Positions 28,736 through 42,522 of a DNA stretch of 64,000 bases are shown piece after piece. The stretch is from Chrysomallon squamiferum (lineage: Eukaryota; Animalia; Mollusca). A program made the translations under genes and the position numbers. Location: the NCBI GenBank assembly GCA_012295275.1, contig CM022672.1:5084001-5148000 (forward strand), in the 5' to 3' direction. The notes under the pieces are model-generated. The model saw only the letters and a program-made list of their open reading frames with translations. It was not told the origin of the DNA and did not search any database. The stretch's first letter is position 1. The number at the start of each line of letters is the position of its first letter.

Positions 28736-29764
28736 AGCAAAGCAGCTACATAATTCGCCTTCTCTGAAAAAAATTATAAATTTAGTTGTGATACATGTGT
28801 GGTGATATATATGTAACGATATTATTTACAGAGGCTATGTATTTATTTAAACGCTAAATAATTTAAAATTAGTGCATTTATGTTATAATACCTTAAAAAC
28901 AGATGTATATATATTTTTTAAATAAAATGTTTCGAAGCATGATTAATCCACCTTATTAGTTGTGTGTGAAATTAATAACGTGGTTCAGATAGCTACAGAG
29001 AACAATAGTTTCCATTATGTTCTTAATTATTCAGTCTATCGCAACTTGTTCATGTGTTTGTTGCTTGGAGTCACAAATACTTAGTAGAGATTGTACAAGT
29101 ATGTAAGTGTTTGTGAGTATACGAGTAAAGGTACAGTCTTCAATATAACAATTACGTTACGACAAAATAAATGGGTTTTTGAAAGAGGTTTTTTTTAAGC
29201 GTAAAGTATATATACTTGTGCGTGTTTGCACTGATTGCACCTAACAATAACTTTAAAAAGACAAGTAACTGGTTTTAACCTTTAAAGAAATAAGTAGCTC
29301 ATATTTCCTTCATAAACAAAATATTTAATTAATCATATTACTATATGTTTTGTTTGTTGAACATAGTGTTTTCAGTGTTCAGTCAGAGATGTGTCTGCAA
29401 CAAAAGTGTAAATGGTATTACTACAAAGACTTGCTGAACAAACAAGTTGTTGCCAATGTCTGTTGGGTAGGGGCACCTGCTTACAGGCTCCCATCTTTAT
29501 GGGTGGGGGATAGGAGGCTGGATAACAGCATTATTTATTTATTAATATTATACTTATGTATACATACAAACAGAAAAGATATACACACACATACTATAAC
29601 GAGACGTATACATATGCCCTGATTTTGACATGGGGGGGTATTTACAATATTTATGCATACATGTGTTTCCAGTAAACAAATTATATATACATTTTATATA
29701 TACATACATACACACACAGTATACTAACACGCACACACATGCCCATATTTTGAGTAGGGTGAGG

Positions 29765-30139
29765 TATTTACACACGGACGATCTTCTTATAACTTTTTTT
29801 TCATTCATACACACATTGACATCGTATACCTTTTTAACCATCGATGCCATAACATATGTTCTGTTGGTAGACAAATATCCACGACAGATACCATGGTCTT
29901 TTACGGTCGTGGACATATGGCGTTGCACGTATCCATCTGAGAAATATTTATAACTTTTCAAATGTTTTGTTTGTACTTTTTCGAGATAGTCTTTTAATCT
30001 GGCGTTATGAGAACTCTCGAGAAGAATCGCAGAGACTTTGTCCAAGTTGTTGCAATGCTTTCTAATTTGAACCATTCCGAAATTTAAAATATATACATGT
30101 TAGTTCACAAAATTTAAAGTTTCCTACGAAGCTACACAT
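29765..30139 (-). pseudogene. Frameshifted N-terminus of a SWIM zinc-finger (YqaJ/lambda-exonuclease-associated) transposon accessory protein
   Basis: One frame reads WTKSL..F; another reads LKDYLEKVQTKHLKSYKYFSDGYVQ...YVMASMVKKVYDVNVCMNEKKVIRRSSVCK. This resembles the pattern YL...YK.F.dGyV...V.aSM....Y.V.v.......C that precedes the SWIM C-x-C motif in these proteins. The remnant breaks down at about the SWIM cysteines. Recognition is from memory of the family, not from a search. Confidence 0.62.
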
Positions 30140-30621
30140 GTCGCCCTTAACAACCTGTCTGTCACGCCCCCCAGTTTGTAAATAGACTAGTTTCAGTCTA
30201 TTTTGTCAAGGGACGTTACTCTTCGCGAGGAAGCCCAGTAGGAATGTAAAATAGCTCTTATTTCGAGATTGTTTACCAAAGAAACTGAAAATGCGTTTGA
30301 ATAAAGTCAGTAAAATAGATCCTTTTCTAAAACGGAACTATGTAGGCAAATCAGTCATAATCATGTTATTCAAGCAAAATTACGCAGAAAAGCAAACAGT
30401 ATCGCATTCAAGGCAACCAAAGATCATTTTATGGAACAATGTTTGAATTGGCTGCGATGTGCTGCACCCAGCGATTATCAAAGTTAATTTTTTATTTTTT
30501 AGTGTGTGTGAGAGATTACCAAAATGTATTAAATGTTACATTGTAATAAGTCTTATACTGAAACCGTAACAAAGATGGAGTATTTAACATTTTTACAAAT
30601 ATTTACAATTTCGTGATGTTT

Positions 30622-30653
<32 letters not shown>

Positions 30654-31776
30654 TTTATTATTATTATTTTTTTCTTAAATGCAGAAAAGGCATTTGTTAA
30701 CATGTTGGAAACGGTTTTCGTTTTTTTCTTTTATTAATAGTTTTAATGGTTATTGTTACATACAGCAGTAGATAATAATTTTGCAAAACTTGTAATTGGG
30801 ACAAAACTATATAAAATATTAAATAACAGAAAAAAAAGAAAGAAAAGAAAACCAAATGAATAAAATTTATTAATCATTTATTTTTAAACAGTTGATTTCA
30901 CAAATGCTGAATATGTAACGGTTCAAGCAAATCGATAAATCAGAATAATTAACAAATGGAAATATTAATTGCAAAATACTGTCATGAACTTGACAAATAT
31001 CAATTGCCCCCCCCCACAAAAAAAACAACCAACATCTTTGGTTAAACAAGAAGAAAAAAAATGAAGAACTAGACATGTATTGTGTTAAGTGATTAATCAT
31101 CCTCAAAATAAAATGAAATGAAAAGAAAATGATATATAAAAAATCTACTTTGTTTTTTCTCCATTAATGGGGTTAAACAGAACTGCTTTTTTTTGTCAGT
31201 AAATAGATGGGTTACAATTAAAATATTAACAGATTACAACACAACAATTGTGTGGTGTTGCACAATATTTTTTAGTATTGTTATTAATTTGTTTTAACCT
31301 TTTTTTAAATGTTTTCCCTATATTTGTGATACATGAAGTAAACAATAAAATACTAAACAGTCAGATTCCCTTATCTCAAAAGCTCCAAAATTCAAAACTA
31401 TTTCATTCAACTCAGACTGTGTTATGTTATTTTTTTCATGTTTTAACAAAACAAACATATCAAGCATAAAATCATTAAACATTAAAAACACCTACTGAAT
31501 ATCTCTAGAAGCTTTATACAAAATAAAAATAAATTCCTTTGATTTAAATGCTTTTCTCAGGCTATCTGCATATATTCCAAAATCCTGGACATTTCCAGTG
31601 GAAAGTGATTAAGTATGTAACTCAGATATAACAGTAATAAGGTTAAAATTTTGATTTGAGATTTAAAATCTTACCTAACATTCTCATTCTAGGATTAAAA
31701 GATAACTTGAAAAAACATACAAATAACATTTTTTTTTTTTTTTTTAAATAACTACTAGAATCAAGGTGTATGTTAG

Positions 31777-31900
31777 TTTGGAATTGTACCAATTTAACAT
31801 TTATTTATTTGGAATTGTACCAATTTAACATTTATTTATTTGGAATTGTACTAATTTAACATTTATTTGGAATTGTACCAATTTAACATTTATTTATTTG
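31777..31900. repeat. ~32-bp tandem repeat, 4 copies
   Basis: TTTGGAATTGTACCAATTTAACATTTAT(TTAT) repeated four times. Confidence 0.92.
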
Positions 31901-32029
31901 TTTGTTTATTTTAAATAATTCCTTAGTGAATCAAAATAATGCACAAAGTGTGTTTCATTTACCAAAATTATATTTAAATTTGAGCAAACACTGTTGATAA
32001 ACTAAACTATCTTAACACATAAGTACAAG

Positions 32030-32078
<49 letters not shown>

Positions 32079-32973
32079 TTCAGTAACAAAGATATACTTC
32101 TGAATAACCAGAAAGTTATCTGGATTATAACATGACATTTCTTCTTTTTTTAAAATAATAAAACAACAAAAGAAAAAAAATATATATATATATTATATGT
32201 ATATAATAATAATAATAATATAAATAATAAAATAAATAAAATAAATAAATAATAAAAATATATAAACAAAAAACTAAAATGTTCAAGGATTAATATTTCA
32301 TTTAAAAAAAAAAAAAATGCTGGCTATTTGTCAAAAAAAGAATCTAAAGTAATTAAATTAAACAATTATTAAAATAACCATAAAACCAATACTTCAGGAA
32401 GAATTAAAGAAAACAAGCATGGTTTCACAAAAATGTGCCATTTAAAAAAATTAAATAAAACACCTGGCAGAATTCAGATTGTTCCCCATTTTCTTGGAAC
32501 TTGGGTTTTGTGGAGGTGCATTAACAAAGAAAGTAAAAAAAAACTATATATTTAAAATTAAATTACTTAAAAAGAAATAAATGCATTTATGTTTCTACTG
32601 ATTATAAAAAATAATATAAACAGACTATATATTTGCTTAGTAATTTCATTTGTGTATAATAATAATAATAATTTTTAATAATAAAAATTATAATAATAAT
32701 AATATATAATTATTTAAATGAATACATTTTATTCAAGTGTTATTTTTAAGTCTTCAGATTTTTGTTGTGATAGATGCTTTAGAGAGATTGTTTTGATACT
32801 TTGCATATCAGTGTTAATGTCTAAATAACTTACCTGCTCCATTTTCTTATTTTGCATTATTTATTTGCATTAAATTCATGCTTCTTTTTACACACAAAAC
32901 TTGGGAACAAGATGGGAACAAGTTGCCTGAAATTATGGAAAACAGGATCAGGCCTATGAAACCATTTTCACTA

Positions 32974-35900
32974 CTATTTCCCACCATGCCCTAATTCAGA
33001 CCCACCTCTCCCACTGCCAAGCTGTAAATTACGTAAAAGAGGTAGTAATCCAGGTAACAGCATGGGGTTTTCCCCAGTCCCATCCAAACGTTGCACACTG
33101 TTACTGTTTGTTCCTGCCATCTGAGGATTGATATTCAAAAGGTTCTGAATATCAGGCATATTTTGAAGATCAGGCAGAAACCTTGGACTATTGTGAAAGC
33201 CTGGCATAGGCTGTCCTCGGCCTAGAGAAGGCATAGCTGTCATAGTTGGGGATCGCATAATGGGAATCATCACGGAAAATCCAGAAAGCATTCCCATCAT
33301 GGAAGGATCCCATACTCCTGTTCCTTGTGAAGGCAATGACTGGTAGATCTGCTGCTGCTTTAAAATGGAAGTCATATCCTGATTGGCTGATGGTACTGAA
33401 CCTGTACACGGATTGGTGTGACTTGATTTTGTTTGTGACACAGGATGTACAATCATTGGAGCTACAACATTTGTTTTAATAGGCAATCGTGTAGAGGTAG
33501 AGGGTGAGGTAGTTGTAGTTGTTGGTGCAGCAGATGTCTTTCCCTGTGAATATTAATGATTAATGTTTGAAGTTGTTTTATCTTAATTTATTTGCATTTC
33601 CAACAATTAATGAATATCTATTAAACAACTCAGGAAAATTGTACATTTATAAATATTAAGTGTCAAAAATGTAGCTTTTTAACAAAGTTATTTAAGAAAG
33701 AAAATCTATTTGTGGGGCTCTGTTTACTGAACAGATAAAACTAATAAAATCAACATATACAATTTAGTGCCTCTATATCTTTTTATTTATTTTTATTGCT
33801 TTAATAATTAAAATTACTTGAACTGCATTTGCAGGTTTTCACATTTTTAGATAAATGTGCAAGCTTTCATTTTTAAGTCAAAAAGACCATTATATTTTAA
33901 ATTATAATACTTCTGCAAACCTTTTCTGGAAATGTGTTGGTGTCAGGTTTAAACTGGATTCCTGTAGGAAGATCTGAAAGAAAACAGTTTTCTTCTTAGT
34001 GAAATTATTAAGAAATTACCTTTTATCATAAATAGTATTTAACCACCAATTTGTTTTTATAACTTAAAACAAGAAGTCTAATTATTTCAGATTTTGTTTG
34101 TTTATAAAATATATTTTACGAAAGATAAATAACAGAATTAACAACAACAACATTAACAGATAAACACAAATGTTTAAAATACTGAATATAAATTTGACTT
34201 TTGTCATCACTGACAATAAATACATGAAAGTAGCAGCATGGATACCAAAGTTTGTGAATAAATATCAGCACTTTCAGTGTTATCTGTTCTCCAGTGGTTG
34301 TTATGAGCAAGCTTAAGAATTTATTTAGAATTCAAATCAAAACTGTATAATGCTATTCAAAACAGTTATCAAACTGCCAAGAGTTATCTACCTTTCTCCA
34401 TGGTTTCCAGCTTATCAATGAGTTCCTTTGTCTTTGTGATCTGCATTTCCACCTCATTAATTTGGTTCACAGAATCCACATGACTGACATTCCCTCTCAT
34501 CAAGTTCTCAATTATCCTCTTCCTGTAAGAAAAATAATATGCATTATTTACATATTTCATAAGAATTAATTTTCTGAACATTATAGAAGAATCTATATAT
34601 CTAACACTTTCACCCATATAATTTAGATTTTTTTATAAGCAGTCCCAGCTTGTAACTATCATGACATAATTTATAAGAAATAATTTTCACAAAATTGTAA
34701 GAAAAAATCGTAAGTAGTAAATTCACACTTATCTCAGTAATCTTCTTCCAGTTATAAATATAATATGAATTATTTACACAAACTGTCCTAATTACAAATA
34801 TGCATGTAACAGGCTAGTTAGATTTAGTTTCCAAAAGATTATAATGGATTAGCTAAAATTTTCACCCATCAAACCTTCACTTGTTCTCTTCCTATTAGAA
34901 AAATAATAATAATATGAATTATTTACACTTTACTTTTCAGTCATAACTGTAACTATACATGTAACCAGTCACATTTAATAAGAAACTTTTGTTTTCATTT
35001 TTTTTCTTCATAAAGTTATAACAAGAACCACAAAACTAACATTCTCACTGATAAAGCTTTAAATATCTTCTTAATAATACAAATTTATTTACACTTTATC
35101 AATCAACTGATCCTCCTTGCCATAAAGACACTTGTGACCACCGTTTAAAAAGAATTTAGTTTTTTATTTGTTTAATTTAAGCATAATCATTTCAAAATAA
35201 TTCTTACCTCTTAAACTGAAGAGCTTGCAATGTTAATCTAAGTTCATCAAGTCCAAGTAATAGATCTTCTAATTGATTCCCTAACTCTGAACAACTGTCA
35301 GACTCAGAGTCAATACCCTGAATAACAACAGTAAGAGCAACAATAACAATGACAATGACAATAAAAATAATAACAACAATGATAATAACAACAGTAATAA
35401 AAACAAAATTAAAATAACAATGAAATTACAACAGTAAAAATAACATCAACAACAACAGTAAAAATAAAATCAGTAACAATAACAGTAACAGTAATCAAAT
35501 ATTTTTGACTACTTTCATTAACATATGGTACATTTTATAACTACATTTCCATAGTTTTAATCTTCAAGCATAGTTTAATAATACTGTACTGTTCAATGGT
35601 ATTATTTAAATTATAATAATGTTTTCTGCACTGCAGGTAAACATTACCAAACAAAAACAAGGGAAAATGTTTCTGTATTTTGATGCTTTTAAAAAAAGAA
35701 GTATTTATACAGGTATAAGCCCAGCATCCACAATGAATAGAAATGACTGTTTTTTTCTAAAACAAAAATGTATAGATTACAGACTTACTTCGCAGTCTCC
35801 ATTTTACTGATAATCTAATTTATATTGTTAAATGTAAGTTAATTAATAAATGAGATTATACTTGTTACAACAGACCTTCCAGTAGGGATCTTTTGGATTC

Positions 35901-36041
35901 AAGCTGTGTAGGGCTGCTTGAACCAATTCTTTCAGTTCTGACGAGGGATGGTTGAAGACACTGAGAATTGATGGAAGCCTGGAAATAAATAATAAATACT
36001 CTTAGAATTTTATAAAAATTATTTTTCTGACTGATCTGCAA

Positions 36042-36072
<31 letters not shown>

Positions 36073-37279
36073 CAAATAAATAATAACAAAAACAAAATAA
36101 TAATAATAATAACAAAATAATAGTAATATTAACAAGAAATATACTCTCAATAATAGCCAAACATTTTCTACTCTTGGAACCAGAAACAAACAATGAATTT
36201 GAAATTCAAATCAAATGCTTTTTTTTTTTTTTTAACATTTTTCTAATAGATTTCTTGACTAAATAACTGAACTGGCTATTTTATTCATTTATTCTGTCAG
36301 GTTTTTCAAAGAAACATATTCCAAGCTACAAGCAGAAACTAAAATAAAAGAAGTTATTTGAATTTTAAAATACTGACAATAACATCACATAAAATTATCT
36401 CTACTTTATTAAATATCAAACTGAAAAATTATTTTACGTGGTTTTTGTTATTTTATTATGTGTTTTAGTAACATAAACTGTACTAACGCTTCAAAGCAGT
36501 AAAGTGTTATGAAATCCTTGTTTTCAGCAGCTTTTACACCGTAACTGAAATAAAAGAAAATATTTAAAACATTTTAATTCACATGCATTGGTATTAACTA
36601 ATTAAGTATTTGAAACTGCTGACACAATTTAAAGAAAAAAGAAAAAAATAAATGTTATAAAAACCCACAAAAAAAGAAACAAGAAAGAAGACAAAAAAAA
36701 AAAAGAGTGTGAAAAAAGTAAAGAAGAGAAGTAAAAAAACCCAACTAAGACAACAAATAAAAAAACAAAAAGAGAAATAAAAAAGGGGGGAGAGTTAACT
36801 AAACTAATGATACAAAGCTGGTAGACCGTAACCAAAACATTTACATAACTTAAAGTGTTTTAACATTCCTTTTAAATACTAACACTGATACTATCTAAGA
36901 AATTATTAAATCTCAAAGACAAGGTATCTTATTTTTGGTCAGAATATTAACATTTAAACATATACAGTTCCTCTCATAAGTAAGAAGTGAATTACCTTGT
37001 GAGTTCAGTAAACAACTGAGGGCAGTCATCTCTTCCAATTGTCAATTTTCTTGGATTAATTTTCTTTCTTTGCAACTGTCAAAAAATGAGAAATAGTCTA
37101 ATCAAACATTCTGGACACAAAAATAAACTTTTACAACACTTAACACCCTTAATAAATAATTAATCTCAACTGTTTCAAACAATTATAAAATATTGTTTTG
37201 TTTTAGATATTAATAAAGAAATGCTGCCAGAAATTGTTTTAATATGTATGTGTATACCATTTTTAAGAATACTGCTATT

Positions 37280-37315
<36 letters not shown>

Positions 37316-38909
37316 TTATTACTTTAAAAAAAATATATATTTTACCATGGATCTCAAAATATCAACTTCCCAAAACAAAGCTGAAATTTCTGCTGACAAT
37401 ACGAATAGTGCAGACTGCCAGTTGACAATATGCAGTGTCACACTAGGAGTCATTTGACATCTGAAATACATCAACACATATAATAGATAATGTATGCTAG
37501 ATAAAAGAAAACTTATACTACAAAAATAATTAAAAACATCAGATACATTAAAAATAGTGTATGCTAGATAAAAAAAGAACTTACACTATAAAATTAATTA
37601 AAACCACAGATTAACAACAGTGTATGCTAGATAAAAGAGAATTCACCCACTCAGTTCAATTGCTGTTCACAATGAAAACAATTAAAATGAATAACATAAG
37701 ATACATATTAACCCTAGATGCATCCCTTACTTTGTATTTTTCACTCACTTTTCAGAAATTGTGTTTGTAATGCTTGAAAATGTCAAGTGACAACAATAAT
37801 CATTATAAAATGTGTCTTACAAAGACATTCAGAGTTGTTTCACATCTGAATAATATCAGAATCATTCAGAACAGAGAATGGTAGACAAAGGGGTTAACAC
37901 TGGGATTATGCACTGAACAATTTACTATAACACTGGGAACCATTAGATCACAAATTTAACATCACTTTGTATGCTAGATAAAGGGAATTCATACTATGTA
38001 ATTATGCACTGTGAAAATAATCGGAATGTCTGTCTTGTAATTTAACTGTCATATAACATTTCAAAATTACATAAAGGGACACTGTGTAACTAGCTGCAGT
38101 AACGTGATGTCAGTGATTTATCAGCACTGTGAGAGCAAAATGGATTTTAATCAAGAACTATAATCAGGTAATCATGGCAGTGAAATATGTCATTTGAATG
38201 TCAATAGCATCTGAAGCTTTTCAACTGTATAGAACCATAATTCAAATCACCATTATTAATTTCTTTTGTCAAAAACATGATATCTGACAGGTTTTTTTTT
38301 TTTTTTTTTTTTTTCTTAAAAATGAGTTTAAAAAAAAAAAAAAAAATCAAGTTTTAATTTTTAGAATTTTATTTACATAATATTAAAAGATTTTATAAAT
38401 TAAAAAGTGAGGAAGAAAAAAAACATAATTTTAATTTTAAGAAACTGATTTATGTAATAAAAAGCAAGTTGAGGAAAACATTTGAAAATAATGAAATAAA
38501 ATATGACATTAACAACAGCAAGCTAGTTTTATACTTGAAAATAGTTATTTATTTTTAATTTTTATTTATTTATTTATTTATTTATTTATTTTTTTTTTTT
38601 TTTTTTTTCCCAAATCTATTAAACATCAATTCGACATTCAATTACCATACAAATATAAACAATTGTGACTGATTATTTAAATATATCACCTGTGGTCCAT
38701 AATGCTAATTTCATATTATTGAACACTGTGTACTTACGCTCTCACAAATCGTTTGTTGACTTCCTGATTGGTCAGTTGTAAACTTGATGCTGTCTGGTTG
38801 GTGTGACATTCAGTAATTGCATTATCTGAATTACTTGTATCAAAATCAGGCACCTAAAAGTTTAAAACATTTTTTTTGAAGATAAGGCAATAAAAAAGAA
38901 AAAAAAAAA

Positions 38910-38968
<59 letters not shown>

Positions 38969-41900
38969 TAATAATAATAATAAAAGTCTTATACAATTTT
39001 AAAGTGAAGTCTTGATGATATGAAGAAGTTGTCTTAATATATTCTGCACACTTCCACATTATCGTTTTATTGCTGTTGTAGTTTTTATTTGTTTTTTGGG
39101 GTGGTGGTCAGACGCATTTCAGTAAATAATGAAGTATAATAACAAATGCAGCTGTTTTTCTTTAGATATGACATCATCACTTACAGGCAGACAGATTTAC
39201 TCCACAGTTTCTTTGTAGAGTAAAACAAGATGCAGCTTCCAGCCCATCATGACATCACAATTCCAGTTCCAAAAAGATATAAGATGGTGGCGTGTGCATT
39301 ATTTTGTAATAATGTAAGTTTATTGTAAATACTTCCATATTAATGATGACAAGTCTTTTGAACCAATCAGATAATAAAGTGGGTTTTGGGAGGTTTTTTT
39401 TTATTTTTTTTTTATTTTTATGTTTTTTTTAGATTTTTTAAACAGCTTTAATAATGTTTATGGTGAAAATGTATTTCATAAAAATAATTGTAGTAGGTTA
39501 TCAGAAGTATTTGTTAATGCACATATCTATCTATTTATTTATTTATCTCTGTCTTACCACCAATTTGTTTAACTATCAATCTATGCATATATGTGTGTGT
39601 GTGTGTGTGTGTGTGAAGCATTTTAAAGTAACAAAGTTGTAACTTCTGCATACATATGTACTGTGAAATTGATGCATTTAGTAATCAATTTTATACATTA
39701 CTTATAATTTTTTAATTATTATTATTATTCTTTCATTCTTTTAAAATTGTTTTACTTAATAATGTTTAAATATTAAAATAAGAAACCTAATTAAAGTGTA
39801 TATGTATGTTATGTTTTTTTTTTGTTTTTTTTGCTATTTCGTTTGAATAATGCTAATCAAAAAAGTATAACAATAAAATAAGCCAAGAAGAAAACAATTG
39901 AACACTTTATTATTGTTTCTTCACTTGACATGATCCAGCACAATAGCAGCTTTATTTTGACTGACAACTCTAGTAAAAACTGGAGCAAATCTTTCTGCCC
40001 TCTTTAGGACAATGTCACGACTAAAGATATTTTTAAACTGTTCTTAAGGGAAAAAAAAAAAAAAAAAAAATATTTTGGAAGTTGAATATATTTAAAATAT
40101 TTCTTCATATCAGTAAATGTACCTTTTTTTTCCTATCAGCAAACATACAAATGTCGATAACTCTTAAAATTACCTAAGGAATTTAGGCTAAAAAACAGAA
40201 ATAAAATTACAGGGTATTCTGAATAATTTATTATATTATTTTATTTTTGTAGTACTAGGTATTATTATTATTTTTTATATTACTGTTATCACTGTTATTA
40301 TTATTATTATTATCATTATTATTATTATTATTTTTTATTTTTTTAAACATATTTTAATACCAGCCCATGTGCTTCATGTCACAATTTATGTTGAGAGTTA
40401 TTAAAATTACCTGAGGTATGTGGTGTAAAGTAACAGAAAATATTTATAGGTAATTCGTTTTGGGTTTTTTTTTTATTTTATTTTATTTATTTATTTAATT
40501 TTGCTTTTTTTTTTTTTATAAACTTTATTTATTTATTTTGATATCAGCAAGAGTAATTTCATGTAAGGTGTATGTAGAGCAAAATAATACTTCAAAATCT
40601 AAGTAAACATGTATTGTTAGCAGGTGCAAATATAGTACTGCAATCAATTTTATTCTTAATATAAAATCCATAGGATTTAATGAAAATTACTATTGTATTC
40701 TGTACTCAAGGGAATGTGAACCTAACACTTGGTAAATAAGGAATACTCAAGTAACAATAAGTATTGATTGGTTTTTACACTGTTTTTATGATCATGTATC
40801 CATGAAACAAAAAACATACCTTTAATGAACTAGATAGTAAAACCAAATTACATTAAAAAAATCTGATGATATAGGCAGCAGATATTACAATGTAGGTCCA
40901 TATCACTGTATAAAATATGATAAATTATTTTTTTAAAACTACCTGATAGCATGTTGAACTAATTATGAAAGATATTAAATTAGTGATGAAAAATTATTTG
41001 AAAATAAACAAATAGATAAAATTAAAACAACAACAATAATACTAGTTTAAAATCATTATAATTATATTTTAAAATAATTCTGGGTATCTATTTAACCACA
41101 TTATTGGTTTTGAAATACTCTTTTTTATATACATTTTTATTTTTGAATTTTGGATAATAGACTATCAACATGTATAATAGAAGAAAGACATGATTAGAAG
41201 TGGGTTTTTTGTTGTTGTTTTTTGTAAATGAAAGAAAACATTGTTTATGTATTTGACTATTAACTTATATACATCAGTTAACAACAGAAATCACTCTCCT
41301 ATCATTATAGTAATCAGAGGCTTTAGCAGTGTTTAAATTACAGCCAAGCCTGCCATGGCATTGGGTACTAAGTAATTTACTGTCATTGTGCATGAGCATT
41401 TGACTGACTTTTATGTTATCATTTGCAGAGATATTGCTTGTGTCAGTAATTAGTTTAGCTTGATCTGTCATGCTTAGTGTAACAGATGAGATATTAATAT
41501 CTACTGCTAATAAATAATTGACAATGAGGTAAGGTCAAGAATGCAATCATCTTTTCAACCGACAACTGACATTTTGAAACAAAGAAGAGAGAAAACTATT
41601 TCTATTTCCAGTGAAAAGATTTACTCAATAAGCTAACACAATGGCTATTTAATTCAGCTGTTGTGATTTGGATAGATAAAAGCCATGTTTTCGACGTCAC
41701 TATGGCACCAAATAATCCTGATTAACAGTCTGTGTATGCTTGTTAAGCGGTTTGTTATTTTAGAATATGAAGAGTGTGTTGAAATATCTGTTACTGAATT
41801 ACTGTTGTTATGATATAAATATTAAAATAAATAAAAAATTAAAAATTATGCATCAAATTCCATATTTTCCTTTTCTTCCTGTGTTTTCTTTTTTGAATAA

Positions 41901-42187
41901 CAACAAAAAATTTTTTAGTTTTTTTTGTTTCATGTCTGTAATCAAAATGAACTCAACAAATTTATGTAATTACAGCAAATATAAATTTACAAATATTTAT
42001 TAATCCAGTTTTAAAAAACATTTTCCTATATATACATTGGGTTTTTTTCTAAATCATTATTATAACTTTTATTATAGTTTTATGTTCTTGTATTTTATAT
42101 CTGATAACCAAAAACTATAATGAATGGTTCTGATATAAATAAATTTAGAAATTATAATACATGTAAAACATCCAAGCCAAATCACAC

Positions 42188-42286
<99 letters not shown>

Positions 42287-42481
42287 AACATAAAAAAAGG
42301 TTTAATAATAATAATACTCAAAATATGTATGACCACTGAATCTTACAAATAATGTTATCATGTATCAGTAATTATGAATTATTTAATTAATTAAAAACCA
42401 TTTAATTATTTATATTTAATATCGACACAGAAAGAAAAAATGAAATATGGGACATTAAAAGATTTCCCAAATGGATGAAAC

Positions 42482-42522
<41 letters not shown>

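Larger units (their letters stand above)
28384..30258. mobile_element. Internally deleted two-ORF DNA transposon (ISL2EU/IS4EU-like; Kolobok-type as alternative)
   Basis: Imperfect TIRs: AGAGGTATTTCAC at 28384 versus reverse-complemented right end AGAGCTATTTTAC ending at 30258 (11/13 match). Flanks are AAT...(T)ATT. A subterminal AAACTGGGG motif is shared by both ends (~28470 and ~30170). A THAP remnant reads inward from the left end and a SWIM-protein remnant reads inward from the right end. Confidence 0.72.

Noticed and set aside
36290-36330. Possible extra TDRD5 exon (TGCTTGTAG|CTTGGAATAT...)
   Set aside because: In phase it reads [11 protein letters not shown] with no good donor, while direct splicing 36488->35978 keeps the frame open.
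37708-37897. TTAA-CCC...GGG-TTAA bounded 182-bp segment (piggyBac-like MITE)
   Set aside because: The inverted-repeat match beyond CCC is poor and cannot be distinguished from chance without copy-number data.
41274-41507. Coding-looking minus-strand ORF ([12 protein letters not shown]...) as an alternative terminal exon of TDRD5
   Set aside because: Its TAG/CAG/TAG acceptors are phase 1, whereas exon 13 ends in phase 0, and in-phase reading hits stops quickly. It is more plausibly antisense to a TRIM 5' exon.
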